From contig DUIB01000018.1 of assembly GCA_013330595.1 (NCBI GenBank), positions 1 through 56,169 of the forward strand: 56,169 bases of DNA. The letters are read 5' to 3'. Below the pieces are notes generated by a model that saw nothing but the letters and a program-made list of their open reading frames with translations, was not told the origin of the DNA and made no database searches. Positions 38,253-47,611 of the stretch are shown one piece after another (within the stretch, counting starts at the first letter, position 1; the number at the start of each line of letters is the position of its first letter). The position numbers and the translations under genes are program-made. This DNA comes from Candidatus Woesearchaeota archaeon. GTDB taxonomy: Archaea > Nanobdellota > Nanobdellia > Woesearchaeales > UBA9642.

Positions 38253-38834
38253 TTATTCGCTTTGCATTAAAATCCCTATAAGTAAATCTAATTTTTTGTC
38301 TTTGCTAAACAGGCGAGATAAATTAGCTTTGTACGTATCTATTGCGTTAAATGGTATAAAATTAATAAGATTATTGACCTGACTATGTTTTTCCCATTGT
38401 TCTCTGGAGAATTCAATGGCTACCCCTGTAAACTCAACTCCCTTGAAATTTTGTTTTAAATATTGGTTGAATTCTTTATAGCTTTTATTTGCTTGATCGG
38501 TAATATTTAACCTGAATTCTTTTTTTCCTAATTCTACAGCCCAGCTATCAGCAAATATTCCGCATATGGTATCCAATTCTTTATTATTTTTGTTACGCAC
38601 CTCGGCGTCATATGTAACCATTGGCTGATTTCTGGCTGGGTAGATTTTTACATTGGAGATCTCGTAAGTACGCTCTACAAGTTGTTTTGGTTTAACGTGC
38701 CTATAATTTCCGACTCTGTCCACTGCAATTAATTGGGTATCAGGCTGCTTATTTAATAAAATTTTATCTAAGTATATTATCAAATGGTGCATTGTTGCCG
38801 GAAATTGGTCATAATTTATTCTCTGGTTTGTCAT
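38253..38834 (-). CDS. hypothetical protein (193 aa)
   Basis: Intact ORF, 34 nt from the next gene. No motif recognised. Confidence 0.5.
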   Translation of the reverse strand: MTNQRINYDQFPATMHHLIIYLDKILLNKQPDTQLIAVDRVGNYRHVKPKQLVERTYEISNVKIYPARNQPMVTYDAEVRNKNNKELDTICGIFADSWAVELGKKEFRLNITDQANKSYKEFNQYLKQNFKGVEFTGVAIEFSREQWEKHSQVNNLINFIPFNAIDTYKANLSRLFSKDKKLDLLIGILMQSE

Positions 38835-38889
38835 TTTGTTTTTCTCTCCATCAATACCTTAGTATGTCTCCTAATTTATAGTCGAAGTT

Positions 38890-39771
38890 TCATTTCAGGG
38901 AATCATCAAGCTCGATTTTGATGATTTTTTCTTTTCTGTGATGTTGATCTCCTTTTTCAATAGATTTTATTTTTCCTATTATTCCCCAAGGATCAAAGTT
39001 TTTTATTTGTCCACTTACAGGATCTCCGAAATTGTAAGAAATCGCAGTGAAGTTTCCTCCCCTGTCACGAAATATTCCCTCATTAGCCAAAGAATAAAGC
39101 AAAGCAAGATATGCTACTTCATCCTCATTACTCTTTACACCAAGCGGTGGAAATGCTTTCGGATTGAAAGTATAACTTTCCAGACAGCGTGGATTTAATG
39201 TAACTTCTCTATGTTTTTTAGTCATGACTTTAAGAGGGAACCAACTCCTAACTTGGTCCAATGCCTCTTTTTTTGTTAGAGGATTGTTTAAATATTCATC
39301 TGTATCGTTATGTTCATATTGCCCGTAAAAAAGAAGTAATCCGCAACTCAACCCCGAATCCGTTGTCCCATTATAATGCACTATAGGTGGACCAAACTTT
39401 CTTCCGTCAAGCCTAAAGTTTAGTGTTTCTATTGCGTCATAGATTGGATCATTTGGGTCATTAGAATTCTCGTCAAAATTCGCCTTGAACACATGGACAA
39501 GTTTTCCTATATCCTCAGAATGTGTCACTAAGAATCTTTCTTTTATAACCACGTTATGTTTTGCTGCAATCTCTATTGATTTTCTTGACTCTATATAATT
39601 CCCTGCTTTGAATTCTTTTTTTGCTTCCCTTAAGAACAGGAATGCGTTATCAAGAGTAACTGCATCTAATAGATACTGATTTTTGCCCCGCACCGCATAG
39701 TAAATGTAATCTTCACTTACCTTCAGGACTGTTTCAAGTTCGTTTCTCTTATCTTCTGTCATTTTTATCAT
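38890..39771 (-). CDS. hypothetical protein (about 293 aa), first gene of orphan operon
   Basis: Start set to the ATG at 39771 (alternatively 39762). A TATA-like ttaaaatata on the minus strand lies at about 39815-39826. The N-terminal helical motif is shared with ORF 37733-38218. Confidence 0.5.
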   Translation of the reverse strand: MIKMTEDKRNELETVLKVSEDYIYYAVRGKNQYLLDAVTLDNAFLFLREAKKEFKAGNYIESRKSIEIAAKHNVVIKERFLVTHSEDIGKLVHVFKANFDENSNDPNDPIYDAIETLNFRLDGRKFGPPIVHYNGTTDSGLSCGLLLFYGQYEHNDTDEYLNNPLTKKEALDQVRSWFPLKVMTKKHREVTLNPRCLESYTFNPKAFPPLGVKSNEDEVAYLALLYSLANEGIFRDRGGNFTAISYNFGDPVSGQIKNFDPWGIIGKIKSIEKGDQHHRKEKIIKIELDDSLK

Positions 39772-39838
39772 CTTTGAGTATGTAATAGTTATCATAATAA
39801 TAAAACTTCTTATGGTATATTTTAACAATTAGTAAAAT

Positions 39839-39847
39839 ATTTAAATA
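39839..39847 (+). promoter_or_regulatory. TATA box candidate for the Lrp/AsnC-like gene
   Basis: atttaaata lies about 25 nt upstream of the ATG at 39868, in a ~100-nt divergent intergenic region. Confidence 0.45.
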
Positions 39848-39867
39848 ATAACTGTAAATATAAGAAA

Positions 39868-40830
39868 ATGGCTTACAAATTAGATGTTTTTGATAAAAAA
39901 ATACTATATGCGCTAGACAAGAAATCAAATATCTCTTTAGCAGAATTGTCAAGAAAAATCTCGAGATCAAAACCATTTGTTATCTACAGGATAAAACGAC
40001 TTGAATCAGAAGGCATCATTACAGGATATTACGCAATAATTGATATGTCAAAATTAGGATATTTCACTTTTAGAGTCTATCTGAAATTTCAACAAATGAA
40101 TATTGAAGATGGAAAAACATTTGTTTCATTTGTTAAGGAAAATCTATCACAGGTATGGACAATAACATCGATGCTTGGAAAATGGGATTATGCACTATTT
40201 CTCGGAGTTAAGAATGTATCAGAGTTTCATCATATTTGGAAGATTATAATGAATAAATACAAAGAGAGAATTAAATCATATAATGTCTCAGTCTATGCAC
40301 CAATCTTTAATTTCAATAGATCTTTTTTTATTGATGAAAAAGAAATGCCTTTACTAAGAGAATATGGATTGGGAAATAAAGTAGATATTGATGAAAAAGA
40401 TGTCAAGATAATCGAAGCATATGCTTCTGATGTTAGACAATCTTCAATTGATATAGCAAAGAAAGTCAAATTGAGTCAAGAGGCAGTTAGGTATAGAATA
40501 AAAAATCTTGAAAAAAAGAAGGTGATAATAGGATACAAAATAGGTATGAATCTAGAAGTTATGGGTTATACTTCTTATAGGGTTGATTTTCATCTTAATT
40601 CTACCTCTAAAAGTAAAGAGCTTTTTGAATTTTGTAGATTTCATAAGAATATTTATCAAGTTAATGATTCTATTGGCGGAGCGGATTTTGAAATAGAAGT
40701 CATAGTTAAGGATCTTCCTGAGTTAGTGTCATTAATAGACTCTGTAAAGATAAGATTTAAAGGAGTAATTAATGATGTTGATTATTTTGGATTTTCTACA
40801 TTTCATATATTAAAGTACATCCCAGATTAA
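39868..40830 (+). CDS. tandem (duplicated) Lrp/AsnC-family protein
   Basis: Two HTH_AsnC-like modules (KILYALDKKSNISLAELSRKISRSKPFVIYRIKRLESEGIITGY and VKIIEAYASDVRQSSIDIAKKVKLSQEAVRYRIKNLEKKKVIIGY), each followed by a RAM/AsnC_trans_reg-like region. Confidence 0.8.
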   Translation: MAYKLDVFDKKILYALDKKSNISLAELSRKISRSKPFVIYRIKRLESEGIITGYYAIIDMSKLGYFTFRVYLKFQQMNIEDGKTFVSFVKENLSQVWTITSMLGKWDYALFLGVKNVSEFHHIWKIIMNKYKERIKSYNVSVYAPIFNFNRSFFIDEKEMPLLREYGLGNKVDIDEKDVKIIEAYASDVRQSSIDIAKKVKLSQEAVRYRIKNLEKKKVIIGYKIGMNLEVMGYTSYRVDFHLNSTSKSKELFEFCRFHKNIYQVNDSIGGADFEIEVIVKDLPELVSLIDSVKIRFKGVINDVDYFGFSTFHILKYIPD

Positions 40831-40948
40831 GAGCATTTATCTATATCAGTATACCTTTATCTATATTAATTCACCTTTTTTAAGCTTGAGCCCCCAACTA
40901 GTATACAAAAACGTAACATTTATATATTTGTTAGTATTTCATACTGTC

Positions 40949-41368
40949 ATGACGATATTATTTGACCAATACAATATGCCTGAGAATATATATGAGATCA
41001 TATTTGCTACATCTCAGCAAGTAGTTGTTGCTAAGCTATTGATAGAGGAAATGAAGCAGAAAGGAGGAGAGATCGGCAAGACAGAGATGTCTGTATTTGC
41101 AACAGCTCTTCATGAAGGCAAGCTTATTGATGAAGAAACAACTCAATTTGGCCAAAAGAAAAAAGTAACCTTATCATATAACAAAAGGCAGTTCTATGAT
41201 AGGATACTGACACCAATGAAAAGCATGGGCTTAATAGATTATGATATGTACAAGAAGACTTATAAGATTTCAGATAAATTCAATAAAAACATGATGAGAA
41301 TTGGCATGTTATGGCTGATGGAGATGAGAAAACCAGCAGTTGCTCACACATTGATGATCAAGAAATAA
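40949..41368 (+). CDS. hypothetical protein, possible winged-helix
   Basis: Start trimmed to the ATG at 40949, downstream of a TATA-like atttatatattt. YDRILTPMKSMGLIDYD resembles a wHTH recognition region. Confidence 0.45.
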   Translation: MTILFDQYNMPENIYEIIFATSQQVVVAKLLIEEMKQKGGEIGKTEMSVFATALHEGKLIDEETTQFGQKKKVTLSYNKRQFYDRILTPMKSMGLIDYDMYKKTYKISDKFNKNMMRIGMLWLMEMRKPAVAHTLMIKK

Positions 41369-41472
41369 ATCACATTAAAAAGAAGCCGGCTTCCTACAAT
41401 TTCTAAATTCTCAACCACCCCACCTGTAGGAAGTTTTGGTTCTTCTTAAATTTCAAAATCGTATACTAAGGT

Positions 41473-41706
41473 ATGCAAAAGACAACTAAAATACAAAAAA
41501 CAACTAAAAAAATAAAGGCAAAAATGGATGACTCATTTCCAGTACGTATATTAGACGATGTTGTTCCTAGAGATATTCCCAGAGAAGAGATGATCAATGT
41601 AGTGTTCAGAAGAAGGTCAATAGAGAATGGTGAAGAGATAAATGAAATAGCTTTTAATCCTGAAACTTATAATCCAGAATATATTAATGATTCCTATAGA
41701 TATTAA
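41473..41706 (+). CDS. hypothetical protein (77 aa)
   Basis: Intact ORF with a basic N-terminus. No motif recognised. Confidence 0.35.
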   Translation: MQKTTKIQKTTKKIKAKMDDSFPVRILDDVVPRDIPREEMINVVFRRRSIENGEEINEIAFNPETYNPEYINDSYRY

Positions 41707-41775
41707 TATCGAAATTCTTTGTAAATTTAGGTAAATTTAAATATACTAACTGTTTAAAGGCTTTTGGGTGATATT

Positions 41776-42102
41776 ATGGCAAAGAATGATGATGAGAAAC
41801 TGTTTGCTTTTTTAGGGGTATTCCTGACATTGATAGGATTTATCATAGTTTACGCTGCAAAGAAAGATAGCAAATATGCTATGTTCTATGCAAAACAAGG
41901 TTTAATACTTTTCTTTTTATGGATAATCGCATGGGTCATAACTGTAGTGCTTGCATTTATACCTTTTATTGGATGGCTTATTGGCATATTAGTATGGCTG
42001 GCTCTTCTTGCATTATGGATCTTTGGGATAATATATGCATTAAGTGGTGAGGAGAAATACATTCCAGTTATAGGCACTTTTGCAAAGCTGATAAAGCTAT
42101 AA
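41776..42102 (+). CDS. small membrane protein (DUF4870-like)
   Basis: Three TM segments with a YAKQGLILFFLW pattern. ATG at 41776 follows gggtgat; the track start is a TTG. Confidence 0.55.
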   Translation: MAKNDDEKLFAFLGVFLTLIGFIIVYAAKKDSKYAMFYAKQGLILFFLWIIAWVITVVLAFIPFIGWLIGILVWLALLALWIFGIIYALSGEEKYIPVIGTFAKLIKL

Positions 42103-42112
42103 TTTTTTTTTC

Positions 42113-43741
42113 TTATTCTTTACAAGCTTTGATGAATCCATCAAATAATGCCGCTGGTTTAAGAAGAGAGGACTTAAACTCAGGATGAGATTGAGTGGCA
42201 ATAAAGAATTTATGATCAGGCAATTCAATAAATTCTACAAGCTTTCCATCAGGACTCATTCCGCTGAATATCATTCCATGTTTTTGTAGGATCTCATGAA
42301 AATCAGGATTCACTTCATACCTATGCCTATGTCTTTCATAGACCTTATCTATCCCATAAAGCTTGAACACTCTTGAATCTTCTTTCAATAAAGCTAGATA
42401 TGCTCCAAGCCTCATTGTTCCTCCTTTTGATTCAATGGCTTTTTGTTCTGGTAAAATATCAATAACAGGATAAAGTGTTTCTGGATCAATCTCACTAGTG
42501 TTTGCTGTTGTTAAACTACAGACATTTCTTGAAAATTCAATAACAGCTAACTGTAATCCATAACATAATCCAAGAAATGGAATATTGTTTTCCCTGCAGA
42601 ATCTTATTGCATTTATCTTTCCTTCAACTCCTGATCCTCCAAAACCTCCTGGAATGACAACGCCATCAATATCCTTGAATGATTCTTTTATGTTAAAATT
42701 TTTTTGCTCAAGCTGCTTACTGTCAATCCAATGCAGATTAAGTCTCAGACTATGCTTTGAGCATGCATGTTTTAATGCTTCATTAACACTGATATATGAA
42801 TCAGCAAGCTTAAAAGTTCCTATATCAAAATATTTGCCGATCATTGCAATATTCACTTCATCTTTTGGATTGATGATATTATGGACAGCTTGCTTCCATT
42901 CTTCAAGCTTAGAGGTCTTTTTTGGCGATAAATGCAGCAGATTATTTATTTTATCTCCGATGCCTTCTTCCTGAAGGCTTATAGGAATAATATATGTTGT
43001 ATTCACAGTATCTCTTCCTGTTACATCAGGCATGCTTATGATATAGTCTGATTTGACATTAGCATATTGTTCAATCTTGTTTTTTCTTATGTCATCTAAT
43101 GCTTGTTTGCCTCTGCATAATATTAAGTCAGGCTGGATGCCGTTTTCTCTTAATAATTTTACTGATAATTGTGTTGGCTTGGTTTTCATCTCTTCAATAT
43201 GACTTGGTATAGGAAGATATGTTACAAGAATATAGCAGATATTATCTTTTCCAATAGTATTTTCTAAAGCTCTTAATGCAAACAAGAATGCCGTGTTCTC
43301 ATAATCTCCGACAGTTCCTCCAATCTCAACTAATGCAATATCAAAACCATTGCTCGCTGTTAATATCCTGTTCTTTATTTCATCAGTAATGTGAGGAATA
43401 AACTGAACTGTATGTCCAAGATAGGTTCCTCTTCTTTCTTTTTCAATAACTTCTTTATAGACCTGACCTGTTGTTATGTTATTTGATTTAGGAATTGATA
43501 TGCCCAGGAATCTTTCATAAGTACCGAGATCTTGATCAGTCTCTCCGCCATCATCAGTAACCCACACCTCTCCATGCTCAGTAGGCCTCATTGTTCCTGC
43601 ATCACAATTAATATAAGGATCAATCTTTATAGCAGTTACTGAGAATCCATAATCCTGCATGATCCTACCGATCGAGGCTGTAGCAACTCCTTTTCCGACT
43701 CCAGAAATAACTCCCCCAACCACAACAATAAACTTAGTCAT
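42113..43741 (-). CDS. pyrG: CTP synthase
   Basis: MTKFIVVVGGVISGVGKG N-terminus, glutamine amidotransferase GLCYGLQ and HRHRYEVN. Start trimmed to the ATG at 43741. Confidence 0.95.
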   Translation of the reverse strand: MTKFIVVVGGVISGVGKGVATASIGRIMQDYGFSVTAIKIDPYINCDAGTMRPTEHGEVWVTDDGGETDQDLGTYERFLGISIPKSNNITTGQVYKEVIEKERRGTYLGHTVQFIPHITDEIKNRILTASNGFDIALVEIGGTVGDYENTAFLFALRALENTIGKDNICYILVTYLPIPSHIEEMKTKPTQLSVKLLRENGIQPDLILCRGKQALDDIRKNKIEQYANVKSDYIISMPDVTGRDTVNTTYIIPISLQEEGIGDKINNLLHLSPKKTSKLEEWKQAVHNIINPKDEVNIAMIGKYFDIGTFKLADSYISVNEALKHACSKHSLRLNLHWIDSKQLEQKNFNIKESFKDIDGVVIPGGFGGSGVEGKINAIRFCRENNIPFLGLCYGLQLAVIEFSRNVCSLTTANTSEIDPETLYPVIDILPEQKAIESKGGTMRLGAYLALLKEDSRVFKLYGIDKVYERHRHRYEVNPDFHEILQKHGMIFSGMSPDGKLVEFIELPDHKFFIATQSHPEFKSSLLKPAALFDGFIKACKE

Positions 43742-43992
43742 GGAATTAGCAACAATCAATCAAGTTTAAATATTTTACTGGGAAAAAATAAAATAGCTTC
43801 AAAAAATACTAATCTCAGAGCCGATATGCTCATATAACTCAACTAGTAAAACTCTTTTATGATTCATAATTCCACTAATAAGGATAGCATTCCAAATATA
43901 TATACCTTTCCTTACCCTACGAAAGATTTCTATATTCTTAGGAAAATTTACGGTTTTTATGGAATAATTTATAAATAAATAATTACTTCTAT

Positions 43993-45438
43993 ATGATGGT
44001 GAATATAATGGCGTCATATGACTTGACTTTAATAAATCCTCCGGCGCTTATAGAAAGACCACCTGTCGAACAGTCAGGAACATTATTTGTACCAGAAAAG
44101 CTTAGAATAACAGCAATGAACCCAGGGATATTATCCCTTTTTACTTACTTGAAATCTAAAGGATTCTCAGTAAACATATTAGATCTTTCACTGGATACAG
44201 AATATTCTTCAATGGAAAAAAAAATCAAAAATATCGACTCACGATACGTAGGTATAAGTTCCACCAGTGGCTTTGATTATTTAGAATCATTAAAAATTGC
44301 AGAATTTACAAAAACACACACAAATGCTCAAATATTTATTGGAGGCCAACATGCAGGTCCATTGGGAGAACTTGTTTTGATGGATAGTCAAAATATTGAT
44401 GCTGTGATAAAATTCGAAGGAGAGTTAGTGTTAGAACAAATATTAAAATCTAATACAGATAACAAATTCAAAATTCCAGGAGTAGTATATAAAGAAAACA
44501 ACAAAATTATTACTGTTCCTGGTAAATCACCAAAAATTAAACTAAATGATCTTCCATTTTTGGACTATAGCAGTTATCCTAATTATCTTAAATTTGTACC
44601 TTTTATAGAAGAAAGCAGAGGATGTGTTTATGGATGTAACTTTTGTACAAGTAATACTATAAACCACCGCAGAATTGATATGAAAAGTCCTAAAAGATTT
44701 TTAGATGAAACTGATTATTGCGTATCATTGTTCGGAAAAGAAAAAGCATATGCGGTGCTTGCTTCTACTTATGGAGTTAATCCAAAATTTGGGAAAGAAA
44801 TTGCTCTGGGAATGAAAAAATTTGGTATAAAATGGAATTCTGAATTTAGAGCGGATAGTGAATGGGAAGAATTCATATATGAATTATTAGATTCAGGCTA
44901 TGAAGTTGTAAACATCGGTTTGGAGTCCGGAAGTCCTGATATACTAAAACTCATGGGAAAAACAAAGAATCCTTATTTATATTTAGGAAAAATGAGAAAA
45001 TTAGCGAAAATCGTCAGTAAAAGCAGTGCAGTCATGCGTTCCAATTTTATGTTTTATATAGGCGAAACTCCGAAAACTATTCAAGAAACAATAAAATTTA
45101 TTAGCCAAACACCAGAAATACATTCAGTTCAATTTTCTCCTCTAATAGTATTTAACAATACCCCGGTTTTTAACAATTTTGCAAAATATAGAGAAGAGTA
45201 TGGATGCGATATTATTAATACTGAGTATTGGCAAAGAAGACACTTCTATCCTGTTCACCCTTCAAAATATTTTTCATTTGATGAAGTGGCAACTTTGGGG
45301 CATGTTCTCGAAAAAATATTTTCAAAAGAAGATGCGTGGATAGAAGCTGCAAAATCATTATATAGTCAGGAAAATAAAGAAGTAGTTAAAAAAATAAAAG
45401 AAACATTGCGTGAATCCAGATTCAGGCGATCAAAATGA
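43993..45438 (+). CDS. B12-binding-domain radical SAM protein (class B)
   Basis: N-terminal Rossmann-like B12-binding region, then EESRGCVYGCNFCTS (CxxxCxxC). Confidence 0.8.
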   Translation: MMVNIMASYDLTLINPPALIERPPVEQSGTLFVPEKLRITAMNPGILSLFTYLKSKGFSVNILDLSLDTEYSSMEKKIKNIDSRYVGISSTSGFDYLESLKIAEFTKTHTNAQIFIGGQHAGPLGELVLMDSQNIDAVIKFEGELVLEQILKSNTDNKFKIPGVVYKENNKIITVPGKSPKIKLNDLPFLDYSSYPNYLKFVPFIEESRGCVYGCNFCTSNTINHRRIDMKSPKRFLDETDYCVSLFGKEKAYAVLASTYGVNPKFGKEIALGMKKFGIKWNSEFRADSEWEEFIYELLDSGYEVVNIGLESGSPDILKLMGKTKNPYLYLGKMRKLAKIVSKSSAVMRSNFMFYIGETPKTIQETIKFISQTPEIHSVQFSPLIVFNNTPVFNNFAKYREEYGCDIINTEYWQRRHFYPVHPSKYFSFDEVATLGHVLEKIFSKEDAWIEAAKSLYSQENKEVVKKIKETLRESRFRRSK

Positions 45439-46820
45439 ATATTTTAGCAATATCAATAGCATCCATATTCAAGGAACATATACAGGGTGGTTCACAAAGA
45501 ATCTTTAAGAACGTTATGGAGTATTTATCAAAAGATAATACTATCAATGTGCTTTGCACAAGAAGAGACGATAATTTCTTGCCATTCGAAGTAAATCAGA
45601 ACTTTAAGGTAAATCCATCACTCAGGTTTAGACAATCTTTTCCATTTCCATATATGACTAATCCAAATAATTTGGCAAATATCATTAAAAAAGTTATTTG
45701 TGAAGCCGAGAATGCTGATGTTATTTATGTTCACGCAGACGGATTTTATTTTAAAAAATTTCTAAAAGTGCATCATCCTAATATACCAATAATTACATCA
45801 TTACATGATTTTGTATATCCGATAAGTATATCATCAGCATTTATAGGGGATAATGATATTGTGATTGTTCCCTCAAAATACGTATTCGAATGTATGAAAC
45901 ATAGTGTGGGTCAAATTTACGAAAATCTTATGAATAGAGCTGTGAATATAGAAAATGGCGTTGATACATCCATATTCTACAAAGATAAATCATTGACAAA
46001 ACAGTTGAAATTGAGATATAATATATCAGATTCAGAGAAAGTTTTGTTATTTCCACACCGACCTGAGCAATCAAAAGGCATTGATCACTCTTTAAACCTA
46101 ACAAAAAAACTTGTCGATAATGGCGAACAAATAAAATTGTTATTTCCTAAACATATAGATATACTTTGTAGTGAAGATTTACAAAGAGAATACGGTATTT
46201 TATATGACAAAATTTCTAAACTTAATCTAGAAAATCATGTGTCGTTCTTCGAATGGACTCTCCCTAATTTCATGAGACACATTTATGCATTAGGTGATAT
46301 AACTCTCAATTTAGGAAATTTTGTAGAGTCATTTGGTTTAGTACCCTTAGAATCTCTACTTTGTGAGACGCCAGTAATAGCGACAAAAGCAGGATGTTTG
46401 AGATACAATTTAAAAAATTTTGAGGAAAGCATACAGATAGATTATGATGATTCAGATGCGTTAATGAATGCATATCATAAAATAGTTAACAACAAATTTG
46501 AATTCAAAAAGACTGTTGAGTTAATCAAAAAGAATTTCAGTTATGAAAACATGTTAAAGCAATATAAAGAAGTTTTTTTAAATGCAAAAGTAAATTCAAC
46601 TCTTAAACTACAAAAAAATGGCCTTTCAAAAGATATATTTGAACTTGCACCATGGTGTTATATATCAGAAAAAGGGATATATGATGATTATATAGGAACG
46701 TATTCTATTAGAGATAAAAAGATCATCAAACTTTTGTCTGAAAAAACAGAATATACGAGAGAGTATTTGGGATCTGAATTTAATGATTTACAAAACAAGA
46801 ATATATTGGTTGAGAAATGA
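45435..46820 (+). CDS. glycosyltransferase, GT4/GT-B fold
   Basis: ESFGLVPLESLLCETPVIATKAG (E-x7-E region). 4-nt overlap with the upstream gene. Confidence 0.8.
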   Translation: MNILAISIASIFKEHIQGGSQRIFKNVMEYLSKDNTINVLCTRRDDNFLPFEVNQNFKVNPSLRFRQSFPFPYMTNPNNLANIIKKVICEAENADVIYVHADGFYFKKFLKVHHPNIPIITSLHDFVYPISISSAFIGDNDIVIVPSKYVFECMKHSVGQIYENLMNRAVNIENGVDTSIFYKDKSLTKQLKLRYNISDSEKVLLFPHRPEQSKGIDHSLNLTKKLVDNGEQIKLLFPKHIDILCSEDLQREYGILYDKISKLNLENHVSFFEWTLPNFMRHIYALGDITLNLGNFVESFGLVPLESLLCETPVIATKAGCLRYNLKNFEESIQIDYDDSDALMNAYHKIVNNKFEFKKTVELIKKNFSYENMLKQYKEVFLNAKVNSTLKLQKNGLSKDIFELAPWCYISEKGIYDDYIGTYSIRDKKIIKLLSEKTEYTREYLGSEFNDLQNKNILVEK

Positions 46821-47611
46821 ATACGAAATATTTTAAGCAACAATGGGAATTGAAACAAATATCAGATATAATTTATCCGCAAGAATTTGCTTTTTTTAGG
46901 GATGATGATATAGGATTGGAAAATGAAAAATTTATTGATTTTTCAGAAAGTTTCCTGAGCGATAGTATCCCCCTTAATATTGCGGTAATCCCGAATCAGA
47001 TAACATATATGACGGATAAATTCAAAAGATATTTATCAAAAGATATATTCACTATTTTTCAGCACGGTAATACGCATAGAGTCAATTACACATCAGCAAT
47101 TTCTGACTCTGATATATATAAATCTATGACTCCTATCATACCAAAAAATTTGATTATCGGAGAGTTTCATACTTCTCTAAAAGATAATTTTTCAGAACAA
47201 AATCTAATAAAAGGATGGAAGTTAATTGAATTACATTTGAAAACGAAATTCAAAGGATTCATACCTCCTTGGCACAGTTTTCCTGAAATAAAACTTCTTT
47301 TAGATAACAACTATGAAATAATTTCAGGTTATGGAAATAAGATTGAAATCATAAAAAATAAAACAATTTCAATCCCTACAAATCTGGATATTATTAAAGA
47401 TTATTCTAAAAATGAATGTTATGATTTGAGAAGTGTTTTGAATCGATCTGAAATATTACTAAAAGACACAAGATATGTAGGAATACTACTACACCACAAT
47501 TTTATGACAAAAGATAGTCATAAACTAATTGCTCAAATAGCAGAACATTCTAATAAAAATAATATTCCAATAATCTCTTTGGAGGAGGCGTTAAAATGGA
47601 AGATCAAATAA
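46817..47611 (+). CDS. putative carbohydrate esterase 4 / polysaccharide deacetylase-like protein
   Basis: FRDDD resembles the NodB motif 1 (TFDDG), and HGNTH fits the H-x3-H motif 2. The rest is not recognised. Confidence 0.45.
   Translation: MNTKYFKQQWELKQISDIIYPQEFAFFRDDDIGLENEKFIDFSESFLSDSIPLNIAVIPNQITYMTDKFKRYLSKDIFTIFQHGNTHRVNYTSAISDSDIYKSMTPIIPKNLIIGEFHTSLKDNFSEQNLIKGWKLIELHLKTKFKGFIPPWHSFPEIKLLLDNNYEIISGYGNKIEIIKNKTISIPTNLDIIKDYSKNECYDLRSVLNRSEILLKDTRYVGILLHHNFMTKDSHKLIAQIAEHSNKNNIPIISLEEALKWKIK

Noticed and set aside
43799-44017. A 72-aa minus-strand ORF in the pyrG / B12-rSAM intergenic region
   Set aside because: It overlaps the start of the rSAM gene and its likely promoter, and has no SD or TATA in a suitable position and no recognisable features.
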